A stretch of 64,000 nucleotides of DNA from Rhodocyclaceae bacterium (GTDB lineage Bacteria > Pseudomonadota > Gammaproteobacteria > Burkholderiales > Rhodocyclaceae), in NCBI GenBank assembly GCA_035444405.1, contig DAOMOP010000003.1, positions 4,423-68,422 of the forward strand, in the 5' to 3' direction. Positions 39,809 to 47,708 of this stretch are shown here, in pieces (the stretch's first letter is position 1; the number at the start of each line of letters is the position of its first letter). The position numbers and the translations under genes are program-made. Below the pieces are notes generated by a model that saw only the letters and a program-made list of their open reading frames with translations, made no database searches and was not told the DNA's origin.

Positions 39809-41308
39809 ATGCAGCCTCTCACCGAAGTCCCGCCGACCCGCCCGGTCCCGTCCGAATACCTTGCCCGCATCGTCAGCGATGCGCATCAGCGTACCATCGA
39901 TCTCGCGCGCGATCTCGGCGGCGAGCGGCTTTTCGGGCCGCGGCTCGCGATCGTCAATCCGCCGCTGTGGGAAATCGGCCACGTCGGCTTCTTCAACGAC
40001 CACTTCGCGCTGCATCGGCTCTACGGCCTGCCCGGCTACCATTTTCCGCGCGCCGACGCGCTGTACGACTCGGCGCGCATCGCGCACGCGACGCGCTGGG
40101 ACCTGCCGCTGCCCGATTTCGATACCACGCTCGCCTATCTCGGGCGCGTACGTGCCGAGATGCTCGCGCGACTGCCGGACGGCGGCCTCGCGAGCGAGGC
40201 GCAGAGCTACGTCTATCAGCTCGCAGCCTTCCACGAGGACATGCACGGCGAGGCCTTCACCTATACGCGCCAGACGCTGGGCTATCCGGCCCCGCCGCCG
40301 AACGCGGGGGCACCAAGCACGACGGGCGCGGCGGCGACGGATCCAACCGCGACCGCCGCGGTCACGGCCGCCCCGACCACGACCCTCCCGGCCCAGAGCG
40401 TCCCGTCCCCGACCGCGTCGGCCGGCGACGCGTCCGTCGCGCAGACAGCCGACGGCGCGGGCGGGTTGCCCGGCGACGTGTATGTCCCGGGCGGCACCCA
40501 CCTGCTCGGCTCGGACGAAAGCGTGCCATTTCGCTTCGACAACGAGAAGCACGCCCACCCGGTCGAGGTCGCGCCGTTCGCGATCGCCCGCGCACCGGTC
40601 ACGAACGCCGAGTTCGCCGCCTTCGTCGAGGCCGGCGGCTACGCCGAGCAGCGCTGGTGGTCCGAGCCCGGCTGGCAGTGGCGCACGCATGCGGGCCTCA
40701 CCGCGCCCGTCTATTGGCGGCGCACGAGCGGCGGCTGGGAGGTGCGCGCATTCGACCGCTGGGTCGCGCTGCCGCCGCACCAGCCGGTCGTGCACGTGAG
40801 TTGGTTCGAGGCCGACGCCTACTGCCGCTGGGCGGGCCGGCGCCTGCCCAGCGAGGCCGAATGGGAGGTCGCGGCCAGCCGCATGCCCAACGCCGCCGGC
40901 ACCGGGCTCGCCGCCGGCAAGCGGCGCTACCCGTGGGGCGATGCGCCAGCCGACGGCTCGCGCGCGAACCTCGACGCACGCCGCATCGGCTGCGTCGACG
41001 TCGCGGCGCACCCCGACGGCGACAGCGCCTTCGGCTGCCGCCAGATGCTCGGCAACGTGTGGGAATGGACGAGCTCGCTGTTCGGCCCGTTCCCGGGCTT
41101 TCGCGCCGAGCTCTATGCCGAGTATTCACAACCGTGGTTCGCCGAGGGGCGGCGCGTGCTGCGCGGCGGCGCCTGGGCCACGCGCGGGCGCATGATCCAC
41201 AACGGCTATCGCAACTTCTTCACGCCGGAGCGCAACGACGTCTTCGCGGGGTTTCGGATCTGCGCGCTCGACGGGCAACCGCGTCGCGACCGCTTGCCTC
41301 GCAGATAG
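39809..41308 (+). CDS. senA: EgtB-like C-S/C-Se bond-forming enzyme (DinB_2 + FGE-sulfatase domains), SenA-like by context
   Basis: ATG 39809 with GGAGA upstream. NPPLWEIGHVGFF (DinB-type), later HVSWFEADAYCRWAGRRLPSEAEWE and RGGAWATRG...GFR (FGE-sulfatase). Low-complexity Ala/Thr/Pro insert between the domains. Confidence 0.6.
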   Translation: MQPLTEVPPTRPVPSEYLARIVSDAHQRTIDLARDLGGERLFGPRLAIVNPPLWEIGHVGFFNDHFALHRLYGLPGYHFPRADALYDSARIAHATRWDLPLPDFDTTLAYLGRVRAEMLARLPDGGLASEAQSYVYQLAAFHEDMHGEAFTYTRQTLGYPAPPPNAGAPSTTGAAATDPTATAAVTAAPTTTLPAQSVPSPTASAGDASVAQTADGAGGLPGDVYVPGGTHLLGSDESVPFRFDNEKHAHPVEVAPFAIARAPVTNAEFAAFVEAGGYAEQRWWSEPGWQWRTHAGLTAPVYWRRTSGGWEVRAFDRWVALPPHQPVVHVSWFEADAYCRWAGRRLPSEAEWEVAASRMPNAAGTGLAAGKRRYPWGDAPADGSRANLDARRIGCVDVAAHPDGDSAFGCRQMLGNVWEWTSSLFGPFPGFRAELYAEYSQPWFAEGRRVLRGGAWATRGRMIHNGYRNFFTPERNDVFAGFRICALDGQPRRDRLPRR

Positions 41309-41411
41309 CGCTCCGGCTCGTCGGCGGCACGGCAACGCCCGAGCGATCGCTTCTCACCTCACCGCCCATCGACTACACTGCTTTCGTGCGCAATATTGTC
41401 GTGAGGCGAGC

Positions 41412-41633
41412 ATGAAGAACATCACCCTGAGTGCCGACGAGCATCTGATCGAAGCGGCGCGCGCACGCGCGCGCGCCGAGCACACCACGCTCAACGAGAA
41501 ATTCCGCGAGTGGCTGGGCGAATACGCGCGGCGTGAGGCACGCCTCCTGCGCTACGAAGAAGTGATGGCCGAGCTGAGCGGCAAGGTCCGCGTCGGGCGC
41601 AAACTCACGCGGGACGAGATGAATGAGCGCTGA
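41412..41633 (+). CDS. Type II antitoxin (VapB-type) preceding a PIN toxin
   Basis: 73 aa. Overlaps the PIN gene start by 11 nt. Confidence 0.65.
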   Translation: MKNITLSADEHLIEAARARARAEHTTLNEKFREWLGEYARREARLLRYEEVMAELSGKVRVGRKLTRDEMNER

Positions 41634-42054
41634 CTTCCTCGACACCAATGTCTTCATCTATCACATCGACGACACCGACCCTCGCAAACATGCCATCGCA
41701 CGCCGACTGGTCGAGGCCGGGCTGACCGACGGCAGCGCCTGCATCAGCTTCCAGGTGGTCCAGGAATGCCTGAATGTCGGTCTGCGCAAGGCCGAAAAGC
41801 GCATGAGCGCCCCGCTCGCCCAAGCCTATCTCGATGCGGTCCTGGCGCCGCTGTGGCGCGTGATGCCGGGTGCGGCCCTGTACCGTCACGGCATCGAGCT
41901 TCAGGAACGCTACCGCTTCGGCTTCTACGACAGTCTCATCATCGCCGCCGCACTCGAGGCGGGCTGCACGCGCCTGTACTCCGAGGACTTGCAGCACGGC
42001 CAGCGCATCGGCAAGCTGACCATCCAGAACCCGTTCCTGGACGGGGGCGCCTGA
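41623..42054 (+). CDS. vapC: Type II toxin, PIN domain (VapC)
   Basis: FLDTNVFIY..., YDSLIIAAALEAGCTRLYSEDLQ. Confidence 0.85.
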   Translation: MSADFLDTNVFIYHIDDTDPRKHAIARRLVEAGLTDGSACISFQVVQECLNVGLRKAEKRMSAPLAQAYLDAVLAPLWRVMPGAALYRHGIELQERYRFGFYDSLIIAAALEAGCTRLYSEDLQHGQRIGKLTIQNPFLDGGA

Positions 42055-42068
42055 TTTCCGCCTATCAA

Positions 42069-43283
42069 ATGCCCGACGAATCCACCCGGCGCGTCGCCCG
42101 CGGCCCGCTGATCGCCAACCTGTTGGCACAACTCGCGTTCGGCCTTCTGGCCATGACGATCTGCATCCCGTCGATGCAGGAATGGGGGGCGATCTTCGGC
42201 GCCGGCCAGGCCGACGTGCAGCTCACCTTCAGCGGCTACGTGGTCGCGTACGGCGGGCTGCAGCTCATCTACGGCCCGCTGTCCGACCGCTTCGGGCGCA
42301 AGATCGTGCTGATGTTCGGCCTCGCGCTGGCCGGGCTGGGCTCGGTGCTGGCCGCGCTGGCGCCGGATCTGGCGACGCTGACCGCCGCGCGCGTGCTCCA
42401 GGGGGCGGGCGCCGCCGCCGGCATGGTGGTCGGGCGCGCGCTGGTGCAGGACCACTTCGAAGGCACCGAACGCGCGCGCATCATGGCCTACGTCGGCATG
42501 GCAATGGGGCTGTGTCCGCCGCTGGCGACCGTCGTCGGCGGGCAGCTTCACGTGCTGATCGGCTGGCAGGCCAACTTCGTCGTCATCGCGGTGCTGGCGG
42601 CGATCCTGCTGCTGGCGGCCTGGCGCGGTCTGCCGGACCCGCCGCGGGCGCGCGCGGCGGACGAGCGACGGCACTGGCTCGGGGCGATGGCCTCGTCCTA
42701 CGCCAGCCTCGCACGCGAGCCGGCGTTCCTGCTGTACGTGGCGATCCTGGCCATGACCACGGCGACCTTCTACGCCTTCATGGCCGGCGCGCCGGTCGTG
42801 CTCGGCAGCTACGGGGTCGGACCGGAGCGGGTCGGCTACTTCATCATGTGCATACCTTTCGCATACATCGTCGGCAACTACCTGACCTCGCGCCTGGTCC
42901 ATCGCCGCGGCGAGCGCACGATGATGCGGCTCGGGCAATTCTTCACGCTGGGCGGGCTCGCGCTGATGCTGTCGCTGGGGCTGGCCGGCGTGAACACCGC
43001 GTTCGCCTTCGCGCTGCCGCTCATCCTGCTCGGCATCGGCCACGGCATGCTGATGCCGCCGACGCTGGCCGGCACGGTCGGCCTCGTCCCGGCCCTGGCC
43101 GGCTCCGCCGTGGCCGTCGCCGGCGTGATGCAGCAGCTGCTGGGCGCCGTCGCGGGCTATGCCGTCGGCCTCGTCCCGCACGAGGGCGCGGTCAATCTCG
43201 GGTTTGTGATGATCGGCTTCGCGCTGTGTTCGGCGGGCGCGCAGGCGGTGCTGCATCGCGGCGGGGCGGCGTCGCGGCAGTGA
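42069..43283 (+). CDS. MFS transporter, Bcr/CflA drug-resistance subfamily-like
   Basis: ATG 42069. GPLSDRFGRK motif, 12 TM segments. Track ORF 41766..43283 is over-extended. Confidence 0.8.
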   Translation: MPDESTRRVARGPLIANLLAQLAFGLLAMTICIPSMQEWGAIFGAGQADVQLTFSGYVVAYGGLQLIYGPLSDRFGRKIVLMFGLALAGLGSVLAALAPDLATLTAARVLQGAGAAAGMVVGRALVQDHFEGTERARIMAYVGMAMGLCPPLATVVGGQLHVLIGWQANFVVIAVLAAILLLAAWRGLPDPPRARAADERRHWLGAMASSYASLAREPAFLLYVAILAMTTATFYAFMAGAPVVLGSYGVGPERVGYFIMCIPFAYIVGNYLTSRLVHRRGERTMMRLGQFFTLGGLALMLSLGLAGVNTAFAFALPLILLGIGHGMLMPPTLAGTVGLVPALAGSAVAVAGVMQQLLGAVAGYAVGLVPHEGAVNLGFVMIGFALCSAGAQAVLHRGGAASRQ

Positions 43284-43293
43284 GCGGCCGGCC

Positions 43294-43452
43294 ATGCAAG
43301 ACGGGCTCAAGACCATCGAGCACCGGCTCGAAACCCCTGCCCGCATCACGTCGCTTCCCGAACGCGGCGCCATGATCCAGCATCTGCAGAAGCTGCGCGG
43401 CGCGCTCGAGTACGCCCACAGCTTCGATCTGGATGTGGCGCTCGGAGACTGA
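43294..43452 (+). CDS. Candidate small protein (52 aa), unknown function
   Basis: ATG 43294 to TGA 43450-43452. MQDGLKTIEHRLETPARITSLPERGAMIQHLQKLRGALEYAHSFDLDVALGD has balanced, protein-like composition. Below the track length cutoff. Confidence 0.3.
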   Translation: MQDGLKTIEHRLETPARITSLPERGAMIQHLQKLRGALEYAHSFDLDVALGD

Positions 43453-43494
43453 TACTTGATACTCTATGCAGAAATCTGCACTGGAGATACAGCC

Positions 43495-43755
43495 ATGCGT
43501 ACCACGCTCGACATTGACGACAACCTGCTCAAGCAGGCCAAACAACTGGCGGCGCGGGAGCACACCAGCCTCACTCGCCTGATCGAAGAAGGCTTGGCCG
43601 CCCGCTTGCGCAGCGCTGCCAAACCGGTGGGAGGCAGCAGCCGCGTCCGCCTGCCGGTGTTCGCCGGCCAAGGGGGGCTGCAATCCGCCATCAAGGACGC
43701 ACGCAGCCACCAGGCCATTCTCGACGCCATAGACGAGTTGGACGGCCCGCAGTGA
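43495..43755 (+). CDS. vapB: Type II antitoxin VapB (MRTTLDIDD-type)
   Basis: ATG 43495. The MRTTLDIDDNLLKQAKQL N-terminus is characteristic. GTGA overlap with the toxin. Confidence 0.8.
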   Translation: MRTTLDIDDNLLKQAKQLAAREHTSLTRLIEEGLAARLRSAAKPVGGSSRVRLPVFAGQGGLQSAIKDARSHQAILDAIDELDGPQ

Positions 43756-44186
43756 CGCCCGACGTCAACATCCTCGTCGCCGCCTCGCGGCAGGATCACC
43801 CACATCATGCGACGGCACTCGCCTGGCTGGAGCAGGCCATTGTCGCGAGCGAAGCCGACACGCCGCTGGCGATCCTGCCCATGGTCGCATCGGGCTTCCT
43901 GCGTCTGGTCACGCACCCCCGGGTGTTCGTCCAGCCCACGCCGCTGGCGGACGCTCAGGCGTTCCTCGATGCCGTCCTCACCGCACCCGGCGTCAGGATG
44001 TTGCCGCTCGCGGGCGAATGGCCGCATTTCACCGCCCTGTGTGCGCAACGCGGCCTCACCGGCAACGCCATCCCAGACGCCTGGATCGCGGCCGCCGCAC
44101 ATCACCACCACCTGCACCTGGTCACCTTCGATAAAGGATTGCGCAAACTCCTCAAGCCAAGCCTGGTTACCGTGCTCAAAGGCTGA
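43752..44186 (+). CDS. vapC: Type II toxin, PIN domain (VapC)
   Basis: GTG 43752. DVNILVAA..., NAIPDAWIAAAAHHHHLHLVTFDKG. Confidence 0.8.
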   Translation: MTPDVNILVAASRQDHPHHATALAWLEQAIVASEADTPLAILPMVASGFLRLVTHPRVFVQPTPLADAQAFLDAVLTAPGVRMLPLAGEWPHFTALCAQRGLTGNAIPDAWIAAAAHHHHLHLVTFDKGLRKLLKPSLVTVLKG

Positions 44187-44303
44187 CCCGCACTCACGAT
44201 CAGCAACGATCCACGAAGTCCGGGGCGGCACGGTTCAATACGACGGTGTCGGCCGGCAAACACGCCCCGCAAGCCGCGGAAGAAATCGGGCGCTCGTTGC
44301 GCG

Positions 44304-44792
44304 TCATGCGCCCCGCCGCTTCTGCTTCAAATGCTCGACATGGACGATCAGCGTGTCGACGGTCTCCTTGAGCAGGTCGAGCTCCTCGACGCTCAGATCC
44401 TCGAGCTGCTCGAGGTTGAATTCGATCGTGTCGATGATCTTGCGATGCGGGCGCTGCATCGGTTTGTTGAAGTAGGTCGTGACGGTCGCCACGATGGTGC
44501 CGAAGAACAGCACCGAGCCGACCACCATCCACAATCCCCCGACGAGACGCGCCATTCCCGATGCCGGCATGTCGGCGATCCCCGCAGTCGTGAATGCGGC
44601 GACACCCCAGTACAGCGCCTCGCCGTATGAATCGATGCTCGATGAATCGGCCGCACGTTCTGCCAGATAGACGACGGCCGAGAACGCCAGCCAAAGGACC
44701 ACGAGTGTGACGAGCATCCGGTTGAACGGCGTATGCACCGACACGTCCTCGACGAATCGCTTGAACCGCGCATTGCGCTTCACTTGTCTCAT
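44304..44792 (-). CDS. Two-TM ion-channel (K+ channel-like pore) protein with a non-canonical filter
   Basis: TM1, pore helix (YGEALYWGVAAF), filter TTAGIAD, TM2, then a coiled-coil-like tail. Confidence 0.65.
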   Translation of the reverse strand: MRQVKRNARFKRFVEDVSVHTPFNRMLVTLVVLWLAFSAVVYLAERAADSSSIDSYGEALYWGVAAFTTAGIADMPASGMARLVGGLWMVVGSVLFFGTIVATVTTYFNKPMQRPHRKIIDTIEFNLEQLEDLSVEELDLLKETVDTLIVHVEHLKQKRRGA

Positions 44793-44885
44793 GCTGTCAC
44801 CTTTCGTTGCGAGTCGCCGCGGGCGGCGGCACCTGTAGGCGCCGGTCGCGCGGCGCTTGTCGACATTCGCCCCGGATCCTGCGCG

Positions 44886-45305
44886 TCAAGCATCGGCCGG
44901 CGGCCCGTGGAGCACGCCGTCCACGTAATACCAGCGCCCGCCGTCGATCACGAAGCGGCTCGTCTCGTGCAGCCGGTGGGCGCGTCCGCCGACCTTGTAG
45001 CGCGCAACGAACTCGACCGTCGCCGCGCCCGCGCCGCTCGTCTCGTGACGCCGCACGTCCAGCCCCAGCCACCGCAGCGTGTCGCCGGCATCGAGATCCA
45101 GGCTGGCCGGCCGCGTCGTCGCGTGCCAGGTGGCGAGCAGATACGCTTCGTTGCCGAGCACATAGGCCGCGTAGCGCGAGCGCATCAGCGCTTCGGCGTC
45201 GGGCGCCGCTTCGCCCGCGTGGTAGCGGCCGCAACATTCGGCCAGCGGGCGGCCGCTGCCGCAGGGGCAGTTGGCTGCGTCGGGGGAGGGTGAGCGCTTT
45301 TTCAC
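44886..45305 (-). CDS. ychJ: YchJ-family protein (SEC-C motif, UPF0225)
   Basis: GTG 45305 (KKRSPSPDAANCPCGSGRPLAECCGRYH...). Only the last ~139 aa of track ORF 44886..46070 are credible. Confidence 0.8.
   Translation of the reverse strand: MKKRSPSPDAANCPCGSGRPLAECCGRYHAGEAAPDAEALMRSRYAAYVLGNEAYLLATWHATTRPASLDLDAGDTLRWLGLDVRRHETSGAGAATVEFVARYKVGGRAHRLHETSRFVIDGGRWYYVDGVLHGPPADA
45129..45252. repeat. Copy 1 (inside intact ychJ) of a 124-bp direct repeat; partner at 47576..47699
   Basis: Hand alignment gives ~16 mismatches in 124 positions and no gaps. Confidence 0.75.
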
Positions 45306-45536
45306 GGGGGCACGTCCTGGGATGGGGTGATTGCGTGACGATATGTGAATCGATCCGGATCGGGGAACAGTGGCGTCACCGTGCCGAGGTCGGTGCGAGG
45401 CCTCCGTCCGGAGAGTGTAGACCGAGTACAGGGTGCAGGCGATGAAACGGTAATACAATGGGTTCGGGCCGCATCCCCGGAAAAATGGGCAACAGCACGC
45501 GTCGACGGCCCCCACAATGCCACAGGAGGGAAGACC

Positions 45537-45923
45537 ATGTCCTATTCGCTGCCCGTATTCCTCGCCCATGCGATCGCCATGGAGCGGGAGGCCGCCGAGC
45601 GCTATCTGGAACTGGCCGACATGATGGAAGCACACAACAACCTCGACGTCGCATCGCTGTTCCGCGACATGGTGCGCTACTCGACGATGCACGGCGATTC
45701 GATCGTCGAGCGCGCCGGCAAGCTCGAACTGCCCAAGCTCCAGTCCTGGCAGTATCGTTGGGTGGCTCCGACCGAAGTCGGCGACGAAGAATGGATAAAT
45801 GAGCCTGGCCCTTGTTGCAGAGATCGACCCGGCGATTTTCGACGACAAGGTCGAGCGGGTGAATATCACCTTGCCGCGTCGCGTGCTGGCCCGTCTCGAC
45901 GCCAAGGCACGCGCGGCAGGTGA
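45537..45923 (+). pseudogene. Ferritin/rubrerythrin-like four-helix-bundle protein gene, probably 3'-truncated near 45795
   Basis: ATG 45537 after GGAGGGAAGACC. The first ~85 aa are protein-like (LAHAIAMEREAAERYLELADMMEAHNN...). The remainder is Arg/Gly/Pro junk overlapping the next ORF. The family call is tentative. Confidence 0.4.
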
Positions 45924-46044
45924 GACGCAGTCGGGGTACATTGCCAAGCTGACTATCGAGGCCAGGCCGCGAGCCAGAATTTGGATGAACGGTTTAAAAG
46001 TGAATAAAAACCAGATAGATGCAGACATCTGCCGGATAATATAA
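45799..46044 (+). CDS. HicB-family antitoxin C-terminal (RHH) fragment or CopG-like small protein; no HicA partner present
   Basis: KVERVNITLPRRVLARLDAKARAAGETQSGYIAKL matches the HicB C-terminal DNA-binding part. The usual N-terminal domain is absent. The tail runs into an AT-rich stretch. Confidence 0.45.
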   Translation: MSLALVAEIDPAIFDDKVERVNITLPRRVLARLDAKARAAGETQSGYIAKLTIEARPRARIWMNGLKVNKNQIDADICRII

Positions 46045-46056
46045 AAACTTTTATAT
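46039..46056. promoter_or_regulatory. AT-rich near-palindrome ATATAAAAACTTTTATAT just upstream of the ATPase gene (promoter/operator candidate)
   Basis: TATAAAA/TTTTATA arms. An unusual AT-rich patch in a GC-rich genome, ~20 nt before ATG 46078. Confidence 0.3.
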
Positions 46057-46077
46057 AACCAGCAGCGCATCTACGAC

Positions 46078-47541
46078 ATGTCGCAGAACGCCCCCTGGAC
46101 CTTCTACGGTCGCCGTCTTGAACTGCAGCAGCTCCAACGTATCCTGGAGCGGCGGCGATGGTTCTTCCTGCAGATCTCCGGTCGTCGGCGCATCGGCAAG
46201 ACCACGCTGATCCAGCAGGCCCTGCAGGGTGCAGGAATCGCGAAAACCTTGTACATCCAGATACCCGACTCGGACCCGGCGGGCGTCGTGGCTGCCTGCA
46301 ACGGACACCTGGAGACCTTCGGCATCGACATGCGAGTAGCAAGCCTCGCCGAGCTCGCACGGCTGATCGGTCGATTGGCCGCCGAAGGCTACGTTGTCGC
46401 GCTGGACGAGTTTCAGTACTTTCACCGCAAGCAATTGTTCGACTTCTGTTCCCTGCTGCAGGCGGAGGTCGACCGCCTTGCGTCGCGTGCGACCGACATA
46501 CCGGGCGGGCTGATCGTTCTGGGATCTCTGCATGCCGAAATGACGGCGCTTCTGGAAGACCGAGATGCGCCCTTGTTCAGTCGGACCACGGACACACTGG
46601 AGCTGGGTCACCTCGACATCGCGTCGGTGCTGGAGATTCTGCGGGTCCATGCCGATGACGATCCCGAGCGGCTACTGTTCCTGTGGAACCTCTTCGAGGG
46701 GGTGCCGAAGCTCTATCGGGATGCGTACGAGCAAGGCGTGCTGGACGCGGACCGTGCCGCCGTGTTGCGCAGTCTGTTCTTTTCCAGCTCGTCGCCATTG
46801 CGCAATGAAGCGGACAACTGGTTCCTGCGGGAACTGCGTGGGCGCTACGACATGGTGCTGCAGTATCTCGCCCGACACCCCGGCTGCACCAATGCGGACA
46901 TCGAGGCGGCGATGGCCAATCTGTCCGGTCCGGGCGAAGTGCGCCAAGTGGGCGGGTATCTCAAGATCCTGTCCCAGCGCTATCGCATGATCGAACGCCG
47001 TTTGCCGATCTTTGCGCCACCCCGTGCACGCAGCGGGCGGTACTACATTCGCGACAATTTCCTGCGCGCATGGTTGTCCGCGCTGCAGCGCCCCGTTTCC
47101 GCAGTGGCCTTCCGGCCAATGGAAATGCTGGTCGCGCAGGCAGACGGGCGTTTGGCCGAGGTCGAAGGCCACGCCCTGGAAGACTTGGCGGGCCAGCTCT
47201 ATGAGGAGCGGAGTCGCCTTGGCATCGGCGACTTTCCGCTTAGCGAGCGCATCCGCGGCTATTGGGATCGGGCCGACATCGAGATCGATCTGGTGGCAGT
47301 CAACGAGGAGGAACATCGGATCCGATTCGGCACATGCAAGCGTAACCCTGATCGCCTGATCGGCGCGGTCGATGGGCTCAAGCGCTGTGCCGGGCGTTTT
47401 CTGGACGCCCATCCGCGCTTTGGCGGCTGGCAGGTGGGATACGTCGTGATCGCCCCTTCGATTTCACCCAGCCTCCACAAGGCGCTCGCCGAGCAAGGCG
47501 TTCTTTCGCAAAGCCTGGCGGATCTCACTGAAGATCTGTAG
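46078..47541 (+). CDS. AAA+ ATPase of the Arch_ATPase/DUF234 type with a C-terminal nuclease-like region
   Basis: Walker A ISGRRRIGKTT, Walker B VVALDEFQY. C-terminal IEIDLVAV...FGTCKR resembles a PD-(D/E)xK-like motif. Confidence 0.75.
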   Translation: MSQNAPWTFYGRRLELQQLQRILERRRWFFLQISGRRRIGKTTLIQQALQGAGIAKTLYIQIPDSDPAGVVAACNGHLETFGIDMRVASLAELARLIGRLAAEGYVVALDEFQYFHRKQLFDFCSLLQAEVDRLASRATDIPGGLIVLGSLHAEMTALLEDRDAPLFSRTTDTLELGHLDIASVLEILRVHADDDPERLLFLWNLFEGVPKLYRDAYEQGVLDADRAAVLRSLFFSSSSPLRNEADNWFLRELRGRYDMVLQYLARHPGCTNADIEAAMANLSGPGEVRQVGGYLKILSQRYRMIERRLPIFAPPRARSGRYYIRDNFLRAWLSALQRPVSAVAFRPMEMLVAQADGRLAEVEGHALEDLAGQLYEERSRLGIGDFPLSERIRGYWDRADIEIDLVAVNEEEHRIRFGTCKRNPDRLIGAVDGLKRCAGRFLDAHPRFGGWQVGYVVIAPSISPSLHKALAEQGVLSQSLADLTEDL

Positions 47542-47575
47542 GGCGAGTTCCGGCGGGGTGGCTCGTCGCATGTTA

Positions 47576-47699
47576 GGTGGCAAGCAGATATGTTTCGTTG
47601 CCGAGCACGTAGGCCGCGTAGCGCCACGGCATCAGCACTTCGTCGTCGGGCGCCGGTTCGCCCGCATGGTATCGGCCGCAACCATTGGCCATAGGGCGG
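47576..47699 (-). pseudogene. Displaced ychJ fragment (codons ~20-60 only); copy 2 of the 124-bp repeat
   Basis: Translates (minus) to ...[35 protein letters not shown], against intact Ych[36 protein letters not shown]. Lacks the SEC-C CPCGSG motif and the 3' two-thirds. Confidence 0.75.
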
Positions 47700-47708
47700 T
47701 CGATCCTC

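Noticed and set aside
44886-46070. 394-aa minus ORF
   Set aside because: Only the C-terminal ~139 aa (YchJ) are credible. The upstream part is antisense to the ferritin-like and HicB-like ORFs and crosses an AT-rich junction.
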